DNA from: a virus
Length of the DNA: 64,000 nt
Direction: 5' to 3' (one strand)
Virus record (IMG/VR): IMGVR_UViG_3300030004_000009
Coordinates: 96,001-160,000 of that record
Shown: in pieces, positions 52,964 to 62,976 of the stretch
Layout of the letters: every line of letters starts with the position of its first letter
Position numbering within the stretch: the stretch's first letter is position 1
The notes under the pieces: generated by a model
The model's input: only the letters and a program-made list of their open reading frames with translations
Database searches by the model: none
What the model was told of the DNA's origin: nothing
Made by a program: the position numbers and the translations under genes

Positions 52964-53018
52964 GGTTAAGACACAAACTGTGTTTCGGCTATTCTTTTTT
53001 AAGCCTCATCAGTTAACC
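52964..53018 (-). ncRNA. Type I hammerhead ribozyme
   Basis: GGUUAA-CUGAUGA-GGCU(11nt)AGCC-GAA-ACACA(GUU)UGUGU-C|UUAACC: complete core and three stems. Confidence 0.88.
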
Positions 53019-53260
53019 TTACTTCTTAATTAAAACTATGCTTACACATTACAAGGTAAGACTGATATCTTACTTTATAAGTGACTGTTCCTTGACTTCT
53101 ATGCTTACACATAGAGTTACTCCCTCCTTGACTTATACAATATCATTGCACACCGTTTACGCGCGTAGTTCCTTAATGGAAATGCTACGTGATACTAAAA
53201 TTGCTACACTATCAATATGTAATGATACACGAAGCGATCTTTAGATCCACGCGTTGTATG

Positions 53261-53332
53261 CCTTGTATATCGAAGAGCGATAGACCTTACATATCGAAGA
53301 GTGATAGACCTTGCATATCGAAGCGTAATGAA
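53261..53332. repeat. Three ~24-bp direct repeats CCTTRYATATCGAAGAGYGATAGA
   Basis: Copies start at 53261, 53285 and 53309 (third degenerate at its 3' end). Confidence 0.85.
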
Positions 53333-53381
53333 GAGCGAAGTTAAAATCGAATGCGAAGCATGAGTACTGTTATACCAAACT

Positions 53382-53411
53382 AAACTATGAGCCCTTTCGG
53401 ACCCATAGTTT
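53382..53411 (-). terminator. Intrinsic terminator-like hairpin
   Basis: AAACTATGGGTCC-GAAA-GGGCTCATAGTTT just after the stop at 53424. Confidence 0.65.
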
Positions 53412-53423
53412 AATCAACGCTTA

Positions 53424-54011
53424 CTACTTAGGCATAATGTTAAAGGTATAACAATTTGCCTTGTTTTCACTTTGTACAGAACCATCAGGATTCTTCCTGA
53501 TGACGTTGTTTTGAGCATTATCATCTCTGAAAAATGCAGTGCAAACTAACCGTTTGCCTACCAGTGAGTCAATTAACTCACTTGGTTTAATTTCGGGATA
53601 AGGGATAACCCTAGTAACTTCACCGGCAGCATCCAGGAAGGAAAACACTGTTTTAGATTTGCCTTGTGCAAGCAAACCCAATGTAATCTTCTTGCCGTCT
53701 TTAAAGACGATCATCCTTGCATGCGGATTGTCTCCGATATCCGCAATGGTGTATTTCGTATCTTCAGAGCCGTCTTCTTTCTTACCTTTAATGGTAACAG
53801 TCTGCGGTTGAGTAAGTTTACGAACGTTTGGCGCGGTAGTTGTATCGATTTCTTCCCAACCGATGGACACTATCTCACCTGAATAGCCCTGAAACATAGC
53901 ACCGGAAATACCGGAGAACGACAAAATAGAAGTGTTTGGGTCAGCTTGTTTAAGCTCTAACTCGAACAAAGCCTTAAGCTCTGCTTTTGTGGGGTTTTTT
54001 TTCTCAATCAT
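53424..54011 (-). CDS. Hypothetical protein, first gene of the minus-strand arm
   Basis: 195 aa, more GC-rich than its flanks. Confidence 0.6.
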   Translation of the reverse strand: MIEKKNPTKAELKALFELELKQADPNTSILSFSGISGAMFQGYSGEIVSIGWEEIDTTTAPNVRKLTQPQTVTIKGKKEDGSEDTKYTIADIGDNPHARMIVFKDGKKITLGLLAQGKSKTVFSFLDAAGEVTRVIPYPEIKPSELIDSLVGKRLVCTAFFRDDNAQNNVIRKNPDGSVQSENKANCYTFNIMPK

Positions 54012-54284
54012 TGTAGTGATTTTTTAAGATTAATGAATAAATAAATGATTTGTACGGAAGATGGTGAGGGGGTAACAAACTGACCTCTTGAAATGACACC
54101 TCCTTACACATGATTTTTAAAAATTTTATAAAAAATAAAAAATAATATATATAAAAAATTTTATAGAAGGATGAGGCTTATATCAGAGTCATAGAATCAA
54201 AAAGACCTAAAACTAAATAATAGCTTTTTATTTTTTGAAATTTCATAAGTTTAGAATTTGTGACTTAATCTATTTAAAACTAAA

Positions 54285-54316
54285 TTTGCTATTTTCAATT
54301 ATTTTTAGTATCTTTA
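54285..54316 (+). promoter_or_regulatory. Bacteroidota-type promoter
   Basis: TTTG-N20-TATCTTTA, ATG 3 nt downstream. Confidence 0.6.
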
Positions 54317-54319
54317 CAT

Positions 54320-54802
54320 ATGATTTATTTTATACAAGCAGACAACTATGTTAAGGTTGGTTATACATCAAATTTAAAGAAAAGATTTCAAGATTATGTA
54401 ACAGAGAACCCTAACAAGGTAATACTAATAGCTCAATGTAATGGTGCGTATGATATTGAAAATAAGATACATAAACAACTTAAAGACTTTCATCATCGTG
54501 CAGAATGGTTTCATCTAAATAAAGAATCAGAAACATTAATTAAAAAGATAGTAAAAGAAAATAAAGATAATATTGAACCTAAATATGTAAAAAAGAAAAG
54601 AGTAAAGCGATTGCATCTTAAAGTCCTAGAGATATTAAAAAGTCACTGTACCTTAACTAGAGAGTTACTTATAACATCAGATATAAAGAAAAAGATAGCA
54701 GAAGAGTTTAACGTACAACTAGCTACAATAAATAATCATATTAAGAAATTAGAAAAATTAGGAAAAATAAAGAAGTTGGAAACTACTTACTATATAAATT
54801 AA
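54320..54802 (+). CDS. GIY-YIG (T5orf172/MUG113-like) protein with C-terminal HTH
   Basis: IYFIQA..YVKVGYT....R...E..IH..L....RAEWF; IAEEFNVQLATINNHIKKL. Confidence 0.75.
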   Translation: MIYFIQADNYVKVGYTSNLKKRFQDYVTENPNKVILIAQCNGAYDIENKIHKQLKDFHHRAEWFHLNKESETLIKKIVKENKDNIEPKYVKKKRVKRLHLKVLEILKSHCTLTRELLITSDIKKKIAEEFNVQLATINNHIKKLEKLGKIKKLETTYYIN

Positions 54803-54970
54803 AAGTTTGATTTTTCAAAAAGTGTCCTTAATATATAAGAAGGAAATAAGCCAAAAACGGCCAAATTTTATATAATTAAGGCATATCTCCAAGTTCAATA
54901 GACGAACTTTTAGTCTATTGAACTAAAAAACAATCTTATGAACTATTTTATTATATTTTTATTATAATTA

Positions 54971-55002
54971 TTTGGAAATGTCAAAAAATTTTCTTATATT
55001 TG
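54971..55002 (+). promoter_or_regulatory. Bacteroidota-type promoter
   Basis: TTTG-N20-TATATTTG. Confidence 0.75.
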
Positions 55003-55022
55003 TATTATAACAAAATAATACT

Positions 55023-55478
55023 ATGAGTAAGCATGAAGTAAAAAGTACAGTTAGAGAATACGTAGATCAAGATACAGGTGAGATATCTTTAATAGAAACA
55101 CAGAAAACTCATATAATCAAAGTTGTAGAAGAAGAGTTTTTTATGATGCATGTGAAGTTATTAAAAAATTACTACGACTTAGATCATGTATCAGACTTTA
55201 GATTAATTGTTAAGTTATGTGAATTAGCAGAATTTAATACAGGTAGTGTTAGTATAAGCACTGGTAAAAGACAAGAGATATGTAAAGAACTTAATATAAA
55301 TACTACTAACTTTTCAAAGTACATCAAAAGATTAAAAGATAAAAAATTAATAACAGGAGATAAAGGAGAATATCTAATCAATCCAGGAATATTTTGGAAA
55401 GGTGATAGAAGAGAAAGAAAAAAGTTACTAGATTCAGGAAGTTTATCAGTAGTATTTGAATTTAGGAAAGAGGAGTAA
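55023..55478 (+). CDS. RepL-like winged-helix protein
   Basis: VDQDTGEI N-terminus; HTH followed by YLINPGIFWKG. Confidence 0.7.
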   Translation: MSKHEVKSTVREYVDQDTGEISLIETQKTHIIKVVEEEFFMMHVKLLKNYYDLDHVSDFRLIVKLCELAEFNTGSVSISTGKRQEICKELNINTTNFSKYIKRLKDKKLITGDKGEYLINPGIFWKGDRRERKKLLDSGSLSVVFEFRKEE

Positions 55479-55571
55479 AATGAAGTGTCCAAAGTTTATT
55501 AAAAGATTTATAACAAGATTAGAGTATACACACGAATGGCTACAGTGGCAGTTAATTAAATATTATTACGG

Positions 55572-56204
55572 ATGTTAAATTGGTTAACAGGAGGAATCCT
55601 AACAAAAATAGGTATAGTAGCATTAGTATTAATGGCAGGTACTATATTTTATCTTCATACACAAAATGTGAAGTTACAGACTAAAGTAGATAACACAACA
55701 CAAAATATCAAATCAATTAATTTTGGTACTAAGGTATTTAAAAATGATTCAGGACAATGGCAAGCTACTTCAATAGAACAGAATAAAACTATTGCACAAC
55801 TTAAGCAAGATAAAGATTCAATTAACTTAGTTAACTTAAAATTAGCTAAACAGTTGAAATTAAAACCTAAAGAGATTACAGAAATAGGTCAAGTAGATAC
55901 AAAACTTATACATGATACATCAACTATATTTATACCTCATAAAGATACAACATATGATTTTTCAGTAAAACCATATGTAACAAACAAAGTAAAAATTAAA
56001 GGAGATTCAATCTCGAATGATTTGCAAGTTAGTAACGATCAATCTTTAGTATGGCATACTAAGAGAGAGACAATAGATCCTCCTAAAAGTTTTTTCTTAC
56101 TTCGTTGGTTTCAGAAGAGACAAACTATCACTTATATTGATATTATAAATAGTAATAAACTTATAAGAACTACACAGCAGTCATTTCAAATAATCAATAA
56201 ATAA
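55572..56204 (+). CDS. Spanin-like membrane-anchored coiled-coil protein
   Basis: N-terminal TM, coiled coil, KRETIDPPKSFFLLRWFQKR motif. Confidence 0.55.
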   Translation: MLNWLTGGILTKIGIVALVLMAGTIFYLHTQNVKLQTKVDNTTQNIKSINFGTKVFKNDSGQWQATSIEQNKTIAQLKQDKDSINLVNLKLAKQLKLKPKEITEIGQVDTKLIHDTSTIFIPHKDTTYDFSVKPYVTNKVKIKGDSISNDLQVSNDQSLVWHTKRETIDPPKSFFLLRWFQKRQTITYIDIINSNKLIRTTQQSFQIINK

Positions 56205-56206
56205 TC

Positions 56207-56238
56207 AATAGAGTTACCTCATCAGTAACTCTATTTTA
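56207..56238 (+). terminator. Intrinsic terminator
   Basis: aatagagttac/gtaactctatt followed by T-rich run. Confidence 0.7.
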
Positions 56239-56250
56239 TTTTAAATTAAA

Positions 56251-56282
56251 TTTGGTAGTTTCAGTATTATTTAGTATCTTTG
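56251..56282 (+). promoter_or_regulatory. Bacteroidota-type promoter
   Basis: TTTG-N20-TATCTTTG. Confidence 0.75.
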
Positions 56283-56331
56283 TAAACTTTGTGTTGGAAC
56301 GTACTAGCACTATTTAAACCTTGACTACTTT

Positions 56332-56958
56332 ATGTTTACACAAATCATCAACTCTATCATTAATGGTACTATAACAAAGCTTATCACAACTTATCATAAC
56401 TGGAGTCATCTTAAGTTTTACTTTGTTGTTAGTCTTATATTCTTACTTTTACTTGGTTTCTTATATAAGGATACAGTAGTAATGCTAGCTAGTGATTTAA
56501 TTAGTAATCAGATACAATTTAGAGAGTGTAGAGATATTGAGGGTCTTAGTAAATATATGAATGAAACAGTAAAGAAAGATAAAATTATAAACTCATATAC
56601 AGTATATCTTTATCAACCGATCAATAGTTCAATCTATAAAAAGCTTGTAGTTAGTGATGACACTATTATAATGCATAGTCCTGTACTTCAAGGTATATAT
56701 TTAAGAACACAACCAACAATTAATAAAGAGTTAGAACTTCATTCATATTACCTTGCTGATAGAGATGAGTTTATGAGTCATGAAGATACAAAGTATTGGT
56801 CTATGAATGGAGCAGATACAAGATTAGGTTATGCATTAAAGATAGATTCAAAAGTAATAGGAGAAGTTTGGATTGATTTCAAAGTTAACCCCACACCACT
56901 TGAGTTAGAAAGAGTACTTAAAGAGGTCTCACCAGCGTTATATACATATATACTATAA
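56332..56958 (+). CDS. Single-TM membrane protein, possible holin
   Basis: One TM helix plus a large soluble domain, next to the spanin-like gene; holin call is inference. Confidence 0.35.
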   Translation: MFTQIINSIINGTITKLITTYHNWSHLKFYFVVSLIFLLLLGFLYKDTVVMLASDLISNQIQFRECRDIEGLSKYMNETVKKDKIINSYTVYLYQPINSSIYKKLVVSDDTIIMHSPVLQGIYLRTQPTINKELELHSYYLADRDEFMSHEDTKYWSMNGADTRLGYALKIDSKVIGEVWIDFKVNPTPLELERVLKEVSPALYTYIL

Positions 56959-56981
56959 AATTAAAAATGAAAGAATGATAA

Positions 56982-57923
56982 ATGGAAAATGAACAGTACG
57001 ACAAAGTTAATGGTGACATTGCTTTCACCGAATCGACACACACTTATGTAAACACTAAACATTTAGATAGAAAATACATATCGGTAACTACACTTATTGG
57101 AGAGTATCATCAGAAATTTGACTCTGAATTTTGGGCAAGTTATAAGGCATGCGAAGCGTTAATGGGTTCTCAGTTTGAAAAATTAGGATTAAAGTTCGAA
57201 CTCTTAGAGAAAAAGAAGTTTGATAGTGTCTATCTCGATACATTTGAAATTGATTATAATGAATTTGAAGAGAAAAAGCAAGAGATATTAGCATCATATG
57301 GTATGGCAAATAAAGTTGCATGTGAACGTGGTAACATAATACATAATGCTAAAGAGAATCAGTTTTATGAGAAAGCAGTCCATAGGCTACAAGATTATAA
57401 CTTCGATCTTCACACATTAAATGGAGACTTTGCTTGTCAAAGACATGACTTTACTCTTAATAGAGATAAGGCTATACTACCTGAATACTTAATGTATTAC
57501 TCTACTAAAGATGGAATACTTAATATTGCTGGTCAAGCTGATATAGTAATAAAAGACGGTAATGATATTTACATACTTGATCACAAATCTAATGCTAAAG
57601 GTATTAAAAATAAAGCATACTTCGATGTGAAGAAAAAGAAGAAACAGATGATGTTCTATCCTATAAATAATATGGATGATCATATGTTAAATCACTACAC
57701 ACTTCAATTATCATTATATGCTTGGATACTTCAAAAGATAAGTCCAGATTTTCAAATTAAACTTCTACGCCTTCTTCATATAGATGGTAATCAAAAGGAA
57801 ACAATCTACGACCTTGATTATAAAAGGGAGGAAGTAGAAAGAATGCTTAAGCATTATAAAAAGACATTAAAGGTGCAACACTATCGTGAGACAGGAGAGT
57901 TGCAGAGAGGAGAAGAAGACTAA
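56982..57923 (+). CDS. PD-(D/E)XK exonuclease (RecB/Cas4-like fold)
   Basis: SVTTLI, RGNIIH, AGQADIV, DHKSN and YTLQLSLYA motifs. Confidence 0.8.
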   Translation: MENEQYDKVNGDIAFTESTHTYVNTKHLDRKYISVTTLIGEYHQKFDSEFWASYKACEALMGSQFEKLGLKFELLEKKKFDSVYLDTFEIDYNEFEEKKQEILASYGMANKVACERGNIIHNAKENQFYEKAVHRLQDYNFDLHTLNGDFACQRHDFTLNRDKAILPEYLMYYSTKDGILNIAGQADIVIKDGNDIYILDHKSNAKGIKNKAYFDVKKKKKQMMFYPINNMDDHMLNHYTLQLSLYAWILQKISPDFQIKLLRLLHIDGNQKETIYDLDYKREEVERMLKHYKKTLKVQHYRETGELQRGEED

Positions 57924-58227
57924 TGCAATCAAGAGATGATAAATTAAGAGAGCAACAAGATTTAATTAATGAGTATAAATCATTAAAGAATCAACTCTAT
58001 AGAATAAAATTTAGAATCCTATATGAGAATCTTCAAGACTATAAAAGAGTAAGAGAAGTTATAGCAAGATTAAATGATTTAAAAATAGAATTGGAATTAG
58101 TATTTAGTAAAGGAGATTTAGAAGCAGCTTATGATGAAGTATATTATCATGGTAATATGCATAGATGGGATTGGGAAATAGAGGAAGCAAAACTAATAGA
58201 AGAACTTTCTTCACTAGAATTATATTA

Positions 58228-58503
58228 ATGAAAGCTAGTCAAATAGTTAGAGCACATATTAAGGAAGCCTTAAATCAAGGACTTCCACTATCGGAAGCAC
58301 GAATGAAGATATGTAGAACTTGTCCATTATTTGATCAAGGAGTTTTTGGTCCTATATGCAATCCTAACTTATACCTTAATCCAATTACTAATGAAACTAG
58401 TTACATAGTTAAACAAGGTTTTACTAAAGGATGTGGTTGCCGTTTAAATGCAAAGACAAGAATAGAAGATGCAGAATGTCCAATGAATCCACCAAAATGG
58501 TAA
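58228..58503 (+). CDS. Small Cys-rich Zn-binding protein
   Basis: RMKICRTCP...GCGCRLNAKTR...CP..KW; start MKASQ is coupled to the upstream stop. Confidence 0.65.
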   Translation: MKASQIVRAHIKEALNQGLPLSEARMKICRTCPLFDQGVFGPICNPNLYLNPITNETSYIVKQGFTKGCGCRLNAKTRIEDAECPMNPPKW

Positions 58504-59914
58504 GAATTAATGAAAATTAAAATAGAGAACGATAGAATAGAAGTATATACATTAATTACAGTGCTTCAAGATATAATGAATAATGTTTTATTAGTAGATG
58601 AAATAGATTTAAATAACGTTACTTTAAAACGTAGTTTAGTACCATCAACACCTTCTATAGAAGATTTAAGTGAAGAGAATGATATTATCATAGATCAGGA
58701 AGATCTTGATTATATTGAAGAACTAAGTGGGGTACAAGAGAGTATGCTACCTAAATATATAAAACCTTTTATATCTATAGAGGATATAAAAGAATCAGAT
58801 ATAAATTTAGAACCTAATGAAATACATCGTTATATAGACACTGATACTATGTCAGTAGGAGATAATGTAACACCAGTTATTAAACAAAAGAAATGATTAT
58901 ATGTTAAGAGACGAACCACTAAGAAGAATAGAAAGAGATAATTGGGAAAATCCAATACAAGAAAGAAATGAACAAGTAATGACTCAATTAGAAGAGTATC
59001 AGATGCTAGTAGAAATATTAAAAATATATCATGAAGATATGTCTATAGAAGAGCAAGAAAAGTTCAAAGATGAATACATACAACTTGATTGGAATATGAG
59101 GTTATTACATAAAGCTTTATATGATAATACAACTAAAGACTTTGAGGATGTTTTAGAAGACTACTTAGAAGATAAAGATAATGTAGTATCATTCTACACT
59201 AAAGAAGAACAAAAGCTAGCAGCTCAAACTGCTAAAGAATTATATAATACAGATATATTAGTATGTGAAATGGATGCACCTGAATTATGTTGTGATGAAC
59301 TATGATACATGATAGTGAAAAAACTGGAAGATTAAACTGGCTTACTATTAGGAAGCAACAACAAGAATCTACATTAAAGAAAATACAAGAAGAATTAGAG
59401 ATACTACATCCTAATGCTTCTACAATAATAGATCTAGAAAGATGGCGTGAATTACATAAGAATGATAAACTCCATAAAAGTCTTTTACTAGAAATTAATA
59501 ATGAAATAGAAGCTTATTCTAAACTTCAAGATATATCTGAATTAGATATAGTAAATGAACTTATAGCTATTCAAGAACTACAGATTATAGATGATTGGGA
59601 TGACGATGGAAATGTTATTTATGAGGAACCTGAAACGGAATTAGAGAGAGCCAAACTCATAAGAGAAATTCCTGGACTTGATATATGTGTAATAGAAGAA
59701 CCTCTTACATGTTGTGATGAACTACCAGTAATCGATCATACAGAAAAATATAATAAGTTTAATGGTAAATTATTAAGTGAACACGATATGCCACCAGAAG
59801 AAACTACTGATGAAGATCCACTAGAAATGCCAAGATTTGAAATATGGGCAGATAAAGGCACAGGTTATAACTTAGATACTAATACATACATAGAGTAATA
59901 AAATAAATAAGACA

Positions 59915-60352
59915 ATGGAATTAAGAGTAACAAAAGACACATTTGCATTTAAGATAGTAGAAAATCCTTTTATGAAGGTGGTAACAGATTCAGGTATCTA
60001 TCTTGGAGCTAGAGGATCATACTCAAGTCAAGAGACTGGTGTGATGGAACAACTTGCTCAAACAATACAGTTTGGTATTGTAACTATAGTAGGTCCTGAT
60101 TGTAAAGTGGTATCAGTAGGTGACGGTGTATATTTTAATGTACATAGTATAGAACCTATACCTTTTTATGAACCAGTTTGGGTATTACACGAAGGTAATA
60201 TAAGAGCATGGGTAAAAGATGATGGAACATTAGCAGGTCTAATTGCAGATAAAGAAGAAGAGCTTAAAGCAGAAGCATTTAAAACTTCTATAGCTTTAAA
60301 TAGCAAACCAATAGCAGGAGAACCAGGTTCAGGTTTAACATTAGTACGATAA
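59915..60352 (+). CDS. GroES-like co-chaperonin-fold protein
   Basis: TDSGIYL, GIVTIVGPDCKVVSVGDGVYF. Confidence 0.6.
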   Translation: MELRVTKDTFAFKIVENPFMKVVTDSGIYLGARGSYSSQETGVMEQLAQTIQFGIVTIVGPDCKVVSVGDGVYFNVHSIEPIPFYEPVWVLHEGNIRAWVKDDGTLAGLIADKEEELKAEAFKTSIALNSKPIAGEPGSGLTLVR

Positions 60353-60356
60353 CAAT

Positions 60357-60674
60357 ATGATAGAAAATATAGAAAAAGTCTTCTTCATTCCAGGAGACTT
60401 AGTAACAATAAAACACGATCTCCCTAATAAACCAACAATGTTGGTTAAAGGTAAAGAGACAAAGACATTTAAAGATATAGAAGGAGCACACTTCATTGGT
60501 ATTAAGTGCTTTTGGTTTACAACTGAAGGTTTATATCAGGAATCCATATACAATACTAAGGACCTGTCAAAGGTAGATTCTTCTAACGCTTATAAAACAG
60601 ATTATACTAACTTTTATTCTAGTTCAGAATTGAAATTATCTGGAACTGGTACAACAACGTTTAAAAATTATTAA
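60357..60674 (+). CDS. YodC/DUF2158-like protein
   Basis: F.PGDLVTIK...PTMLV...IKCFWF...YQE..YNTKDL. Confidence 0.55.
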   Translation: MIENIEKVFFIPGDLVTIKHDLPNKPTMLVKGKETKTFKDIEGAHFIGIKCFWFTTEGLYQESIYNTKDLSKVDSSNAYKTDYTNFYSSSELKLSGTGTTTFKNY

Positions 60675-60698
60675 TATTACTACCAATCTTAACCTTAT

Positions 60699-61697
60699 AT
60701 GGATAGTCAAACACAACAGCAATTTATAGCCTGGTTAGGCGATAAACTTCAAGCCAAAGATCAAGGAGATTTACAAAAGAAACTTCAAACATTAGGTGAT
60801 GATGGTATTCGTAAAGCGTATGATCAATTCACATCTGAAAAGTCTGATGCAGATGATAATCAAGAAGAAGCAGAAGATAATGGAGTTCAAAGTAATAAAC
60901 TAGGTGGTCAACTTCACTATATAAAATGTCTTCAAGCTTTTGCTAAAGGTGGTCATATTGAAATGGAGAAGTGTGGCTGTGGAGGTAAAATGGCTAAAGG
61001 TGGTGAACTAGTTAATAGAGGTTCAGTTTCTATTAAGAAAGATAAAGGTTCTATTAAAGATTCTGATAACTCTAAAATTAAACCTAAAGGTCAAAAGATA
61101 AGTCATGGATACGATCCAGCAGAAATGTCTGATAAACCAACTAAAGGTAAAAAGAAAGAAATGAAAAAAGGCGGTTTAATGCAAGCTGATATTATAGGTA
61201 AAGATAAAAAAGGTGGTCGTCTAAATGCTACAGAAGGCTTTAAGAAAGGTGGAAAAGCAGAAGAGATGAAAACTGGTGCTCGTATGGAATTTAAAAAAGG
61301 TGGTATGGCTAAGAAAGCAGAAGGTGGTACTTTAACTTCTACACTATTATCTCTTGCACGTGGTGGTAGAGTTGAAGAAGGCGGTCTTACTCAATCGTAT
61401 CCTCATGGTATTAAAGATCCTAATGCAACTCCTCCTAAACTTAAAGGTAAACGTAAGGATATTGATAAAAAAGAAGCTAATCCAGGAAAGAAACAATATC
61501 TTGATAAAGGTGATACTAAACAATATCGTACAGCAGTAACTAAAGTACCAACTGGTGCTACAGGAACTAAACTTCAAGGTGGTGGTTCAATGGCAGGTAC
61601 TATGGGTGGAATGATAGGTGGAGCAGGAGTTAAAAATCCTAACTCTGGTTCTAAGTTAGTAAAAAAAAAGATGAAGGTGGGAATGATGGGCGCTTAA
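60699..61697 (+). CDS. Lys/Gly-rich protein with repeated xxGG motifs (possible virion cargo protein)
   Basis: About 12 FAKGG/MAKGG/FKKGG/AEGG-type motifs. Confidence 0.5.
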   Translation: MDSQTQQQFIAWLGDKLQAKDQGDLQKKLQTLGDDGIRKAYDQFTSEKSDADDNQEEAEDNGVQSNKLGGQLHYIKCLQAFAKGGHIEMEKCGCGGKMAKGGELVNRGSVSIKKDKGSIKDSDNSKIKPKGQKISHGYDPAEMSDKPTKGKKKEMKKGGLMQADIIGKDKKGGRLNATEGFKKGGKAEEMKTGARMEFKKGGMAKKAEGGTLTSTLLSLARGGRVEEGGLTQSYPHGIKDPNATPPKLKGKRKDIDKKEANPGKKQYLDKGDTKQYRTAVTKVPTGATGTKLQGGGSMAGTMGGMIGGAGVKNPNSGSKLVKKKMKVGMMGA

Positions 61698-62367
61698 CCC
61701 AAGGACAAGGTAATTTACGAATGCAAGGTGAACAAACGCCAACACCTGAACAAATACAGGATATGAAAGTTGAGAATAAAGTAGGTGAGTTACAACAGGC
61801 AGAACAGCAACGTCAGAATCCAGATGTAGTACAAAATCAATCTATGACTGATATCTTACGTGCACAAATGGTTCCAAAACCTAAATTACAACCACAACCA
61901 ACTATGAGAGTTATGTCTAGTAATGGACAGTTATTTGGAGTACCAACTGCTAAGAAAGGTACTAAATTAAAATCTAATATTGAAACTTTTGATCCATACG
62001 GTTCTAAGAAGACTCAAGGTCTTAACCCTAAGAAAGTTATAATGGGTCAAGGATCGGGAGCTGTACAGAGTAATGAGAAGATGTATACAGGTAGAGCACA
62101 TGCAACTAATTATGGTGGTGCTTAATTCTACAAATAAATAAGAAATGATATGAATATAATAGTACAGGATCTAATAGCAAATAGAGTAGAGTTTGAAGAT
62201 TTTATAGAAGAAGTTTTTGGAGCAGGTTATCTACTTGATTTAGAAACTATAAATTTTAATAACTTAACTTTAAGAAAAGATAAACCAATAGACTTTCCAG
62301 AAAGAATAGATGAGATGTTTAAACCTGTTATGGGTCAAGGTAATGAGGATAATATATTTAATGATTA

Positions 62368-62934
62368 ATGAATTACTTTATATTTGAAAATAATAAGTTA
62401 CACCTTAATAAGGAGAGCATTCTCCTCATTAAGGAATTTGCACCCTTATGGGATATAGATAGGAATAAGATTAATGGTGATACACGTGGTTATGATCGTA
62501 AACGTGCATTTCGTGAATTCACATATATGTTTTTAATGTATGATTGGGAATCGCCTTATAAGCAATTTACAGATCAAGAAAGACATAACGACTCACTTGC
62601 TGATAGTGAATTAACTAACAAACAATTCAACGATCCTTTATTTGTAGAGGCTTGTAAGAAGTATCAGAAGATACAAGAAACAAGAATGTTAAAACTATTA
62701 CAAGCTTGTTATAAAGCAGTTGATGAGTTAACTTTATTTTATAATACTGTAGATTTACAAGAACGTGATATAGATGGTAAACCTATCTTCAATGCAAAAC
62801 AAATAAACGATACAATTGCTAGCCAAGGTAAAACTATAATATCTCTTGAGTCACTTGAAGCTATAGTAAGACGTGAGAAAGAGGGAGATGCAGCTAAACT
62901 TCGTGGGGATAAGAAACCTGGAACATTCGATTAA
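62368..62934 (+). CDS. Putative terminase small subunit
   Basis: Directly upstream of TerL; helical, RGD C-terminus; call rests on position. Confidence 0.5.
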   Translation: MNYFIFENNKLHLNKESILLIKEFAPLWDIDRNKINGDTRGYDRKRAFREFTYMFLMYDWESPYKQFTDQERHNDSLADSELTNKQFNDPLFVEACKKYQKIQETRMLKLLQACYKAVDELTLFYNTVDLQERDIDGKPIFNAKQINDTIASQGKTIISLESLEAIVRREKEGDAAKLRGDKKPGTFD

Positions 62935-62976
62935 CTCATACTTACTCTTTAAAAGGTAAGACTGATAAATTAAAAT

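Noticed and set aside
53261-53332. Mini-CRISPR array
   Set aside because: Contiguous repeats, no unique spacers, no cas genes
3463-53882. Short plus-strand ORFs within the minus arm (e.g. 8585..8947, 20724..20957, 36546..36845)
   Set aside because: Antisense shadows of real genes, with no recognisable motifs
56982-57923. Cas4 of a CRISPR system
   Set aside because: No four-Cys Fe-S motif, array or other cas genes; a generic phage PD-(D/E)XK nuclease
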